NCBI GenBank assembly: GCA_903910555.1
Contig: CAIVZZ010000018.1
Location: 31,363 to 95,362, forward strand
Reading direction: 5' to 3'
From: an uncultured Gemmatimonadota bacterium
GTDB taxonomy: Bacteria > Gemmatimonadota > Gemmatimonadetes > Gemmatimonadales > Gemmatimonadaceae
DNA: 64,000 bases
Below, piece after piece: positions 9,363-16,857 of this stretch. Under the pieces are notes generated by a model. The model was not told where the DNA came from, searched no databases, and was given only the letters and a program-made list of their open reading frames with translations. The first letter of the stretch is position 1, and every line of letters begins with the position of its first letter. The position numbers and the translations under genes were made by a program.

Positions 9363-9781
9363 ACTTCCTGCGCGCGTCGCGATTCGTTTGCCACAAACCA
9401 ATCCTTGATGTATTGCACGAGGTCAGCGGTGGAAGTCCCTGGGCCAAATAGCTTTCCGACGCCAAGCGTTTGGAGCATCTCCATGTCTTCCTTGGGGATG
9501 ATTCCGCCGCCGGTCACGAGGATATCGCCGCGCCCCTCGGCCTTGAGCAGCTCGTAGACGCGGGGGAACAGCGTCATGTGGGCGCCGGAGAGGATCGACA
9601 GGCCAACCACGTCGACGTCCTCCTGTACGGCCGCACTCGCGATCATTTCCGGAGTCTGGTGGAGGCCTGTGTAAATGACCTCCATGCCAGCGTCACGCAG
9701 CGCAGCGGCGACGACCTTGGCACCACGGTCGTGACCGTCGAGACCGGGTTTGGCTACGAGCACTCGGATGGGGCGTGTCAT
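9359..9781 (-). CDS. acyl-CoA mutase small subunit, cobalamin (B12)-binding domain protein
   Basis: 140 aa. [19 protein letters not shown] contains the DxHxxG B12-binding motif, followed by SILSGAH. Confidence 0.9.
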   Translation of the reverse strand: MTRPIRVLVAKPGLDGHDRGAKVVAAALRDAGMEVIYTGLHQTPEMIASAAVQEDVDVVGLSILSGAHMTLFPRVYELLKAEGRGDILVTGGGIIPKEDMEMLQTLGVGKLFGPGTSTADLVQYIKDWFVANESRRAQEV

Positions 9782-9843
9782 TCATTGAATTTGGCCGCCT
9801 GCAGTAGTCGGGGCAACTGCGCGACCACATAAAAAAACGCCTG

Positions 9844-9913
9844 CCGCAGGTCTACGCGGGTTGGCGCGGGTGACCTGCTGTCTCCGACCCGCGAATACCC
9901 GCGTCAACCCGCG
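9844..9913. repeat. REP-like compound palindrome built from CGCGGGT units. Likely terminator of the ars operon.
   Basis: ACGCGGGTTGGCGCGGGT (9854-9871) pairs with ACCCGCGAATACCCGCGT (9887-9904), plus a degenerate third unit on each side. A7 run at 9833-9839 gives a T-run on the minus strand. Same unit architecture at 16034-16108. Confidence 0.6.
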
Positions 9914-10356
9914 GCGGCGGCGTTGTTGTTGATGAACGAGTCGATTCGTGCCGCGAGTTTGTCGCGGGCGTCAGCGAACGCGAGAGTTCGTTCGCGATCT
10001 GTCCCCTCGATTTCGGCTGGATCGTGCATCCCCCAATGCAGCGTGGCAGCCGCGCCCGGGAAAATCGGACACGCATCGCGTGCGTTGTCGCAGACGGTAA
10101 TCACGAAATCGAATTTCTGTCCCATGAGATCGTCGACGCTTTGTGGCTCATGGCCGGCCCAGTCGATGCCGATCGCGTTGAGCGCGGAGATCGCGAAGGG
10201 GTTCACGCGTGCGGCGGGACGCGATCCGGCGCTCGACGCAATGAACTTTCCGCGCGCCTTTTTATTCATCAGCGCTTCGGCGATCTGGCTGCGCGCGGAA
10301 TTTCCGGTGCAGAGGAAGAGGACGCTACGCGGGCGTGTTGGCGATTCGGTGGTCAT
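9904..10356 (-). CDS. arsC: arsenate reductase, thioredoxin-coupled LMW-PTPase type
   Basis: 150 aa. CTGNSARS (CX5R) P-loop and downstream Cys in VCDNARDACP. Confidence 0.9.
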   Translation of the reverse strand: MTTESPTRPRSVLFLCTGNSARSQIAEALMNKKARGKFIASSAGSRPAARVNPFAISALNAIGIDWAGHEPQSVDDLMGQKFDFVITVCDNARDACPIFPGAAATLHWGMHDPAEIEGTDRERTLAFADARDKLAARIDSFINNNAAAAG

Positions 10357-11008
10357 GGGAGAATCCGCGGCGAAGGTATTCGTAGGTGAGCACGGCGACG
10401 GCCATCCCGATCAGCGGGCCGACCCAATAGATCCAGTGCGAAGCCCACTGCCCTGTCGCGAGCGCCGGACCGAACGATCGCGCAGGGTTCATGCTCGCAC
10501 CGGTGAGCGGGCCGCCCATCAGTGCGTCGACCATTACGATGAATCCGACGGCGAGTCCGGCGACTTCGCCTGCAACGCGCCCGTCGGTCGCGACTGCCAT
10601 CACGACGAGCATCAAAAAGAACGAGAGCGCGATTTCGACGGCGAGCGCGGAGAAGACGGGAATCGCAGGTCGTGTGGTCGCGAACACGGCAAACGATCCG
10701 ACGGCGGCGCGCACCGCGAACGCGCCGGACGTGGCGCCTGCGAGCTGGGCGATTACATATGGAGCGACTTCACTGCCGGGAAATCTCCGCGCGACCCAAA
10801 ACCCGAACGTGACCGCCGGGTTGAGGTGTGCGCCGGAGATGTGGCCGAGCGCGTACACGGCAACGAGAATGATGCCTCCGAACGCGAGCGAGATTCCGAC
10901 GTGCGAGACGGCGCCGTTCGACCACGCGTTGACCGCGGCGGATCCTGCGCCGATGAAAACAAGGCCGAACGTCCCGATAAACTCAGACGCGAGCCGCGGT
11001 CCCCTCAT
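10325..11008 (-). CDS. MIP-family aquaporin/aquaglyceroporin (probable arsenite channel, AqpS-like context)
   Basis: Two NPA boxes (HLNPAVTFG, SMNPARSFG). The ATG at 11008 forms an ATGA overlap with the arsM stop. The ORF track alternative start is 11023. Confidence 0.85.
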   Translation of the reverse strand: MRGPRLASEFIGTFGLVFIGAGSAAVNAWSNGAVSHVGISLAFGGIILVAVYALGHISGAHLNPAVTFGFWVARRFPGSEVAPYVIAQLAGATSGAFAVRAAVGSFAVFATTRPAIPVFSALAVEIALSFFLMLVVMAVATDGRVAGEVAGLAVGFIVMVDALMGGPLTGASMNPARSFGPALATGQWASHWIYWVGPLIGMAVAVLTYEYLRRGFSHDHRIANTPA

Positions 11009-11916
11009 GCGTCGGAGCAGCAATCAGGACCACAGCATGATTTCGCAGCGGGAAGTGAACGCGAGTCCACCGTCGGTTTCGTGCCGCGCACGAACGCGCT
11101 GATAAACTTTCCTTCGATCTGCGGAGTGATTGTCGTGACGTCGAGGCCGGTGCCCGCGAGAAACGCCGCAGCGTCCTTCGCTTCGTATACCCGCGTGGGC
11201 TCGATCGACGGGTTGTCGAACCCGGCTTCGGCGAGAAGCGAGATGAACTCTTTTTCCTCGAGCGCGCCGGCGACGCAGCCGATCCACAGCTCCATGTTCT
11301 TGCGAATGGCATCGGGTACTTCGCCGCGCACGACAACATCCGATATCGCGAAACGGCCACCCGGCTTCAGCACACGGAACGATTCCTTCAATACCGCACG
11401 TTTGTCGCCTGAGAGATTCACGACGCAGTTGGAGATGATCACGTCGACCGAGTTGTCCGGGAGCGGGATGTGTTCGATCTCGCCCTTGAGGAATTCGACG
11501 TTCGTCGCGCCGGCTTTGAGTCTGTTCTCATTGGCGAGCGCGAGCATCTCGTCGGTCATGTCGAGACCGTACGCTTTGCCGGTTGGCCCGACGCGCTTGG
11601 CCGAGAGCAGGACGTCGATGCCGCCGCCGGATCCGAGGTCGAGCACGACTTCGCCCGCTTGCAGCGCGGCGAGCATGGTCGGGTTGCCGCAGCCGAGCGA
11701 CGCGAGCAGCGCTTCGGCGGGGATGCCATTCGTTTGCCCGGCTTCGTAGAGATCGGAGGTGATCGGATCCCATGATGCGGTGGTCGAGCCGCAGCATCCG
11801 GTCGATCCGCACGCGGATACTGCGGTATCGCCGTCGGCGACGCGAGTGGCGGCTGCGCCGTATTTCTCGCGCACGACTTCGCGGAGTGCTTCGCCCTGGT
11901 TGCTCGTCATCGTCAT
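11005..11916 (-). CDS. arsM: arsenite S-adenosylmethionine methyltransferase
   Basis: 303 aa. SAM motif VLDLGSGGGID, conserved Cys pairs (CGSTGCCG, GCGNP, WIGCVAG), and ars operon context. Confidence 0.9.
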   Translation of the reverse strand: MTMTSNQGEALREVVREKYGAAATRVADGDTAVSACGSTGCCGSTTASWDPITSDLYEAGQTNGIPAEALLASLGCGNPTMLAALQAGEVVLDLGSGGGIDVLLSAKRVGPTGKAYGLDMTDEMLALANENRLKAGATNVEFLKGEIEHIPLPDNSVDVIISNCVVNLSGDKRAVLKESFRVLKPGGRFAISDVVVRGEVPDAIRKNMELWIGCVAGALEEKEFISLLAEAGFDNPSIEPTRVYEAKDAAAFLAGTGLDVTTITPQIEGKFISAFVRGTKPTVDSRSLPAAKSCCGPDCCSDA

Positions 11917-11928
11917 TGCCTCAGAGTG

Positions 11929-11946
11929 AACAAGAAATGTTGATGT
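11929..11946 (-). promoter_or_regulatory. second copy of the ACATCAACATTTnTTGTT box, 12 nt upstream of the arsM ATG (candidate ArsR operator)
   Basis: Minus-strand ACATCAACATTTCTTGTT matches the box upstream of arsR (12302-12319) at 17 of 18 positions. Confidence 0.4.
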
Positions 11947-11963
11947 ATTAGATCAAAAAAATG

Positions 11964-12290
11964 TCAGTCGCAGCATTTGATCGAGCGAGCCGCCGTGCGA
12001 TCGGTACGCCTGAGCGAGCCGACCAGCGTCTCGATTTCGTCGAGCGTGTCGCGATTGAGCGTGTAATACACCCAGCGCCCTTCGCGGCGGTCGGTCACGA
12101 TGTTGGCGTCCTTGAGCGTCTTGAGATGAAATGAGAGACGGCTCTGCGCGGCGTCCATGATATCGGTCAGCTCGCACACGCAGCGCTCGCCGCCGATCAG
12201 TCGTTCGACGATCTCGAGACGGGTTTCGTCTGAGAGGGCGTGGAACCAGGCCGCTGCTTGGGTGGTGTTGAGGGAGGTCGAGGGGGGCAT
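11964..12290 (-). CDS. arsR: ArsR/SmtB-family metalloregulator
   Basis: 108 aa. Winged-helix ELCVCEL-type motif (ERCVCELTDI) and its position at the head of the ars operon. Confidence 0.9.
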   Translation of the reverse strand: MPPSTSLNTTQAAAWFHALSDETRLEIVERLIGGERCVCELTDIMDAAQSRLSFHLKTLKDANIVTDRREGRWVYYTLNRDTLDEIETLVGSLRRTDRTAARSIKCCD

Positions 12291-12296
12291 GGGGTC

Positions 12297-12324
12297 AATA
12301 TAACAATAAATGTTGATGTGGCAA
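12297..12324 (-). promoter_or_regulatory. arsR promoter (TTGCCA, 16 nt, TATATT) with an embedded ACATCAACATTTATTGTT box. Predicts a leaderless arsR mRNA.
   Basis: -35 at 12324-12319 and -10 at 12302-12297 on the minus strand. Only 6 nt separate the -10 from the ATG at 12290. The box lies in the spacer. Confidence 0.45.
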
Positions 12325-12348
12325 GCTGTGAGCTATCAGTCTTTGAAC

Positions 12349-12392
12349 GGCCGACGTCAGACGTTAGCTGTGAGCTGCTAGCTGTGAGATAA
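12349..12392. repeat. left arm of the 44-bp inverted repeat flanking the four-helix-bundle gene
   Basis: GGCCGACGTCAGACGTTAGCTGTGAGCTGCTAGCTGTGAGATAA. Its reverse complement matches 12853-12897 at about 40 of 44 positions with one 1-nt indel. Confidence 0.8.
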
Positions 12393-12481
12393 ACGGCCGA
12401 GTTACAGGACCGCGCGTAGAATTGTCGCGAAGTGCGTTCGATGGATCACGGATCGGGCGATCGGACGTCGTAGCTTGGGAG

Positions 12482-12844
12482 ATGCAGAACTACCGACGGC
12501 TTTCGGTTTGGAAAAAGGCGCATGCGATCGCGCTAAATGTTCGCGCGCTGACGGAGCGGATTCCGCCAGACGGCAACCGGGGACTCATCGATCAACTCCG
12601 GCGCGCATCGCTCTCGATTCCGGCTAACATTGCCGAAGGCAGCAGCCGGCAGACCGACAAGGATTTCGTGAAGTTCCTGAACATCGCCCTCGCATCAACT
12701 ACAGAGGTGGAGTACCACCTGGAGTACGCAGGTGATGCCGCGATCGTCCCGCAATCCGAATGCAATCTCCGCCGGCAGGAACTAATTGAAATACGCAGAA
12801 TGCTAGCTGGCCTGATCAACTACCTTCGTGGCGCAAATCGGTGA
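12482..12844 (+). CDS. four-helix-bundle protein (23S rRNA intervening-sequence protein family, Avd-like fold)
   Basis: MQNYRRLSVWKKAHAIAL..., IPANIAEGSSR and STTEVEYHLEYA are hallmark motifs. The ATG at 12482 gives the typical 120 aa. The ORF track TTG at 12422 is probably an over-extension. Confidence 0.85.
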   Translation: MQNYRRLSVWKKAHAIALNVRALTERIPPDGNRGLIDQLRRASLSIPANIAEGSSRQTDKDFVKFLNIALASTTEVEYHLEYAGDAAIVPQSECNLRRQELIEIRRMLAGLINYLRGANR

Positions 12845-12852
12845 TGAAGTCG

Positions 12853-12897
12853 TTATCTCGCAGCTAACAACCCACAGCTAACGTCTGACGTCGGGCC
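12853..12897. repeat. right arm of the inverted repeat flanking the four-helix-bundle gene
   Basis: TTATCTCGCAGCTAACAACCCACAGCTAACGTCTGACGTCGGGCC, complementary to 12349-12392. Confidence 0.8.
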
Positions 12898-12998
12898 TTT
12901 CAGAGCTCTCAGCTCCCCGTTCCGATGACGCCTGCCGTCCGGCGGCTTTGCCCTTCGCCCTGCCCTTCCTAAACCATTTGCCCTTCGCCATTGTCCTA

Positions 12999-13017
12999 CC
13001 TTCAGACAATCTGAAGG
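12999..13017 (+). promoter_or_regulatory. palindrome CCTTCAGA-caa-TCTGAAGG overlapping the padR ribosome-binding site (candidate PadR operator)
   Basis: 8-bp perfect arms, 7 nt upstream of the ATG at 13025. PadR regulators typically autoregulate through dyads. Confidence 0.35.
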
Positions 13018-13024
13018 AGTCACC

Positions 13025-13381
13025 ATGTCAGACCCGCGCAGCGATCTGCTCCAAGGCACCCTCGAAATGCTGGTCCTCAAAACGATCGCATTCGAGCCGA
13101 TGCACGGCTGGGGAATCTCTCAGCGCATTCAGCAGCTGTCGCGCGATGTCTTTCTCGTGACCCAGGGTTCGCTCTACCCCGCGCTGATTCGCATGAAGCG
13201 TCGCGGTCTGGTGAAAACATCGTGGCGCGTGACGGAGAACAATCGTCGTGCCCGCTACTACGAAATCACTGTGGCCGGCGAACGTGAGCTCGCCGCGGAG
13301 CGCGTGAGCTGGGAGCGCGCTTCGTCCGCGGTGAACTGGATCATGGGCGCGCAACGGTTTGCTGCGGGAGGCGCCGCATGA
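13025..13381 (+). CDS. PadR-family transcriptional regulator
   Basis: 118 aa. LEMLVLKTI..PMHGWGI.QRI and GSLYPALIRMKRRGLV are winged-helix PadR motifs. Confidence 0.9.
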   Translation: MSDPRSDLLQGTLEMLVLKTIAFEPMHGWGISQRIQQLSRDVFLVTQGSLYPALIRMKRRGLVKTSWRVTENNRRARYYEITVAGERELAAERVSWERASSAVNWIMGAQRFAAGGAA

Positions 13382-16014
13382 GCGCGTTCTCCGACTTCAT
13401 CGAGCGCGCCCGCGCCCTGCTCTTCCGCTCGCGTGAAGAACGCGAGCTGCAGGAAGAGCTCCGCTTTCATCTGGACATGGAGGCCGAGCAAAACCGACGC
13501 GCCGGCATGAGCGACGACGAAGCACGCCGGCGCGGCCACATCGCGCTCGGCGGTGTCGAGCGCACGAAGGAGGACGTTCGCGACGCGCGCGGCACACGAT
13601 ATCTCGAAGACATTGCCGGCGACGTCTCGTTCGCGCGTCGCACGCTTGCGCGCAGCCCCGGGTTCGCGATTGTCGCGATTCTTACGCTGGCGATAGGGAT
13701 CGGCGGCACGACGGCGGTTTACAGCGCGGTCGACGCGGTGCTCGTCCAGCCACTGCCCTATCAAGAGCCCGGCCGGCTCGTCCGCTTGTATCAGTACTTC
13801 AACCAGAAGATAGATCAGCACAATTTCGTCTCGCCGGTTCAGTTTTTCGACTATCGATCCAAGCTGGCCGCGTTCGACGGTGCCGCCGCCCTATTCACCT
13901 ATAGCGAGGCCGGTGCGGATGTCGGCACGGGCGACCGCGTGCGCCGGATACGCATCCTTCATGTCAGCTCCGACTATTTCGACGTCGTGCGCACGCGGCC
14001 CAGGCTCGGCGCACCATTCGGGAGAGAGAGTGAGAACGGCGCGCCGCTCGCAATCGTGAGCGACGGCTTTTGGAAAACGGAACTCCAAGGCGATCCTGCT
14101 GCAGTCGGCCGAACCGTCATGCTCAGCGGGGTCGCGTACACCGTCGTCGGCGTGATGCCGGCGGGCTACGCGGATCCGCTTGTCCCCGCGGTCGACGCGT
14201 GGCTGCCCGGCGATCTTCGCGAAGGGCTGGACATCACTCAGGCGAACAATCACTACCTGTCCGTCATCGCGCGCCTGCGCTCCGGCGTGACCATCGAGCA
14301 GGCGCAGGGCGAACTCGACATCCTCAGCGCGCAACTCTCAGAGCGATATCCTCAAGGCCGCGACATTCACGCGCGAATCTATCCCCTCAAGGACGATATC
14401 GTCGGCTCCGCGAGCCGCGCGCTTGAGATCATGCTCGGCGCCGTTGCTCTCGTGCTGGTGCTGGTGTGCGTGAACGTCGCGAATCTCTTACTGGTGCGTG
14501 GATCGGACCGGGCGCGCGAGTTTGCGGTGCGCTCTGCGCTCGGCGCCGAGCGGTCGAGGCTTGTGCGGCAAATGCTGATCGAGAGTCTTACGCTCGCGCT
14601 GGCCGGTGATCTGGCGGGCCTCGTGTTTGCGCGCGTTGCAATGTCCGGGATCGTCGCGCTCGGTTCCGGTTCGATTCCGCGACTGGCAACACTGGATCTC
14701 GATCCGCGCCTGCTCGCCTTTTCCGTCGTAATCGCGACGTTGTGCGCCGTCGGATTTGGAATGGCTCCCGCGTTGCGCGCGGCACGCACACAGCCCGGCG
14801 ACGTGCTGCGCGATGAGTCGCGCGGCTCCACTGGAGGCGCAGGGCAGATCCGGCTCCGCGAATGGCTCGTGGTGTCGCAGGTCGCACTCGCATTCGTGCT
14901 GCTCGCCGGCGCAGGGCTGTTGCTTGCGAGCGCGCGGCAGATCGGTCAGGTGGAGCTCGGAGTGAACACGGGCAGCGCGCTCGTATTCGATCTCAGTCTT
15001 CCGTATGCGCGATACGATTCAACCGCGCGCGCACGAACGTACGAAGAGATTGCGAAGAACGTCGAGACGATTCCAGGCGTCATCGCGGCGGGCGGCGTGT
15101 CGAAGCTTCCGGCGACCGGTAATTACAACTCGTGGGGCATGACCGTTCACAGCGGTCCGCTGAACGGCACGAAAAATGGCAACGGTGAGGCGGAGAACCG
15201 CATCGTCTCCGGCGACTACTTCAAGGCGGCGGGGATCCCGGTGCTCGAAGGGCGCGTGTTCGATGCCCGCGACGACAACGCGGCGCCAAATCGCGTGGTT
15301 GTCAGCGCGAACCTCGCCAAGCGCATGTATCCCGGAATAAGTGCGCTGGGCCAGCGGCTGGAGACAGGTAATCACCAGAGCGAGATCATTGGCGTGGTCG
15401 GCGATGTCGCGACAAACGCCGAGGGAGCGGATGCGCAGTATATCTACCATGCGCACACGCAGTTCGCGGGAGACCGCGTCTGGTCGCTCACGCAAATCGT
15501 GCGCACCGTCAGAGCGCCTGACGCGATGATCGCGAACGTACGGCGCCTGATTTCCGGCGTCGACCCGCTTCTCGTGATGCACCGGCCGTCGAGCTTCGCC
15601 GATGCGGTTGGGCGCGGTGAGGCGCAGCGCGCGTTCACGCTGCGCATCCTGGCGAGTTTCGCGCTCGTCGCGCTCGCGCTTTCTGCCTTGGGAATATTCG
15701 GCGTGCTCTCCTACGGCGTGCGACTGCGGTCGAAGGAGTTCGGCATTCGCATGGCGCTCGGGGCCGGCGCCGGCGAGATCAGGCGAATGGTTTTGCGACA
15801 GGGACTCACCGTGACCGCGATCGGAATCGGCGCGGGATTGGTTGGGGCGCTGATGCTGTCGCGCCTGATGGCGTCGCTCGTATTTCGGGTGAGCACGCTT
15901 GATCCGGCAGTGCTTGCGGCGGCTGCTTTGTTTATGGTCGCCATTGCATCAGTGGCGGCGTATCTGCCCGCAAGACGCGCGACGGCGGTCGATCCTCGAG
16001 CGGTGTTGCAGTAA
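13378..16014 (+). CDS. ADOP-family permease (duplicated FtsX/MacB-like ABC permease)
   Basis: 878 aa. Conserved N-terminus LFRSREERELQEELRFHLDMEAE, two FtsX-type 4-TM modules, and a 4-nt overlap with padR. Confidence 0.85.
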   Translation: MSAFSDFIERARALLFRSREERELQEELRFHLDMEAEQNRRAGMSDDEARRRGHIALGGVERTKEDVRDARGTRYLEDIAGDVSFARRTLARSPGFAIVAILTLAIGIGGTTAVYSAVDAVLVQPLPYQEPGRLVRLYQYFNQKIDQHNFVSPVQFFDYRSKLAAFDGAAALFTYSEAGADVGTGDRVRRIRILHVSSDYFDVVRTRPRLGAPFGRESENGAPLAIVSDGFWKTELQGDPAAVGRTVMLSGVAYTVVGVMPAGYADPLVPAVDAWLPGDLREGLDITQANNHYLSVIARLRSGVTIEQAQGELDILSAQLSERYPQGRDIHARIYPLKDDIVGSASRALEIMLGAVALVLVLVCVNVANLLLVRGSDRAREFAVRSALGAERSRLVRQMLIESLTLALAGDLAGLVFARVAMSGIVALGSGSIPRLATLDLDPRLLAFSVVIATLCAVGFGMAPALRAARTQPGDVLRDESRGSTGGAGQIRLREWLVVSQVALAFVLLAGAGLLLASARQIGQVELGVNTGSALVFDLSLPYARYDSTARARTYEEIAKNVETIPGVIAAGGVSKLPATGNYNSWGMTVHSGPLNGTKNGNGEAENRIVSGDYFKAAGIPVLEGRVFDARDDNAAPNRVVVSANLAKRMYPGISALGQRLETGNHQSEIIGVVGDVATNAEGADAQYIYHAHTQFAGDRVWSLTQIVRTVRAPDAMIANVRRLISGVDPLLVMHRPSSFADAVGRGEAQRAFTLRILASFALVALALSALGIFGVLSYGVRLRSKEFGIRMALGAGAGEIRRMVLRQGLTVTAIGIGAGLVGALMLSRLMASLVFRVSTLDPAVLAAAALFMVAIASVAAYLPARRATAVDPRAVLQ

Positions 16015-16033
16015 GAGAAGAAGAGAAAACCTT

Positions 16034-16108
16034 TTGCCACGGGTCTTCGCGGGTTCACGCGGGTTTGTAAATGTTTGACCCGCGATTACCCGCGTAAACC
16101 CGTGGCAA
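16034..16108. repeat. REP-like compound palindrome of CGCGGGT units between convergent genes (bidirectional terminator candidate)
   Basis: TTGCCACGGGTCTTCGCGGGTTCACGCGGGT (16034-16064), 13-nt loop, ACCCGCGATTACCCGCGTAAACCCGTGGCAA (16078-16108). Same unit structure as 9844-9913. Confidence 0.65.
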
Positions 16109-16113
16109 ATATT

Positions 16114-16857
16114 TTATTCTTTTCTTGCAAGCACGAGCATCTCGCTGGACTTCCGGGAGAGCGCCCGATCCTTCCAGCCGTCCCATGCCTGCTCGACAAT
16201 CAACCCCGCATCCGCGCAGAGCTCGGCAACGCGCGTCGCCGTATACAGTCGGATTTTGTGTTCCCGTTCGACGGCCCTCTTCTTTCCCTTCACGGTCGTG
16301 CGAACGGTCAGCACTCCGGAAAGCGGATCGAAGCTCCGCTCATGCCCGATCATCGTTCCATCGTTCGACGTCCACCAATCCCGCGTGATGAACGCGCGCA
16401 CGACGCCATCTCGGCTCCCGCCATGCCAGAGCAGTACTCCGCCCGGCTTAAGCACTCGGGCGAATTCGCGAATGACTTTTGCATCGTCGGTTGGATGCGT
16501 AAAAAACCCAAAGCTCGTGAAGAGATTCAGAACCGCATCGAACCGGCCACTCCATTTCTTCGGCAGCGTGCGCATATCGCCGCGCTCATATCGCAGATGC
16601 GTTCCCGTGCCGCGCGCCTTGGCGCGCTTCAGCAACTCGAGCGAGTAGTCGAGGCCGGTAACGTCGAATCCAGCTTCGGCGAGCAAATGCGCGTGCCGTC
16701 CCTGGCCGCACGGGACATCGAGAATGCGCGATTCCGACGGGAGTTCGAGCACTTCCATAATCCGCGCGACATCGCGCCGGTCGTTTTCGAGCGCAAAGAT
16801 CGGCTCGTATTCGAGCAGATACTGTGCGTCAAAATAGTCACGCCACCATTCGCTCAA
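16114..16857 (-). CDS. class I SAM-dependent methyltransferase
   Basis: Motif I ILDVPCGQGRH and post-I/II LKPGGVLL. The TTG at 16857 overlaps the TGA of the mutase gene (TTGA). The ORF-track start at 17214 would overlap the mutase by 360 nt. Confidence 0.75.
   Translation of the reverse strand: MSEWWRDYFDAQYLLEYEPIFALENDRRDVARIMEVLELPSESRILDVPCGQGRHAHLLAEAGFDVTGLDYSLELLKRAKARGTGTHLRYERGDMRTLPKKWSGRFDAVLNLFTSFGFFTHPTDDAKVIREFARVLKPGGVLLWHGGSRDGVVRAFITRDWWTSNDGTMIGHERSFDPLSGVLTVRTTVKGKKRAVEREHKIRLYTATRVAELCADAGLIVEQAWDGWKDRALSRKSSEMLVLARKE

Noticed and set aside
9923-11749. 608-aa plus-strand ORF, and similar long ORFs at 20605..21930, 23590..25059, 38581..40008, 42095..43228 and 56337..57698
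   Set aside because: These are antisense to genes with unambiguous family motifs. Their translations are Arg/Ala/Gly/Pro-rich low-complexity sequence, which is typical of open antisense frames in GC-rich DNA.
12482-12844. The four-helix-bundle protein as the Avd component of a diversity-generating retroelement
   Set aside because: No reverse transcriptase gene and no template/variable repeat pair lie nearby. The only repeats are the flanking inverted arms.
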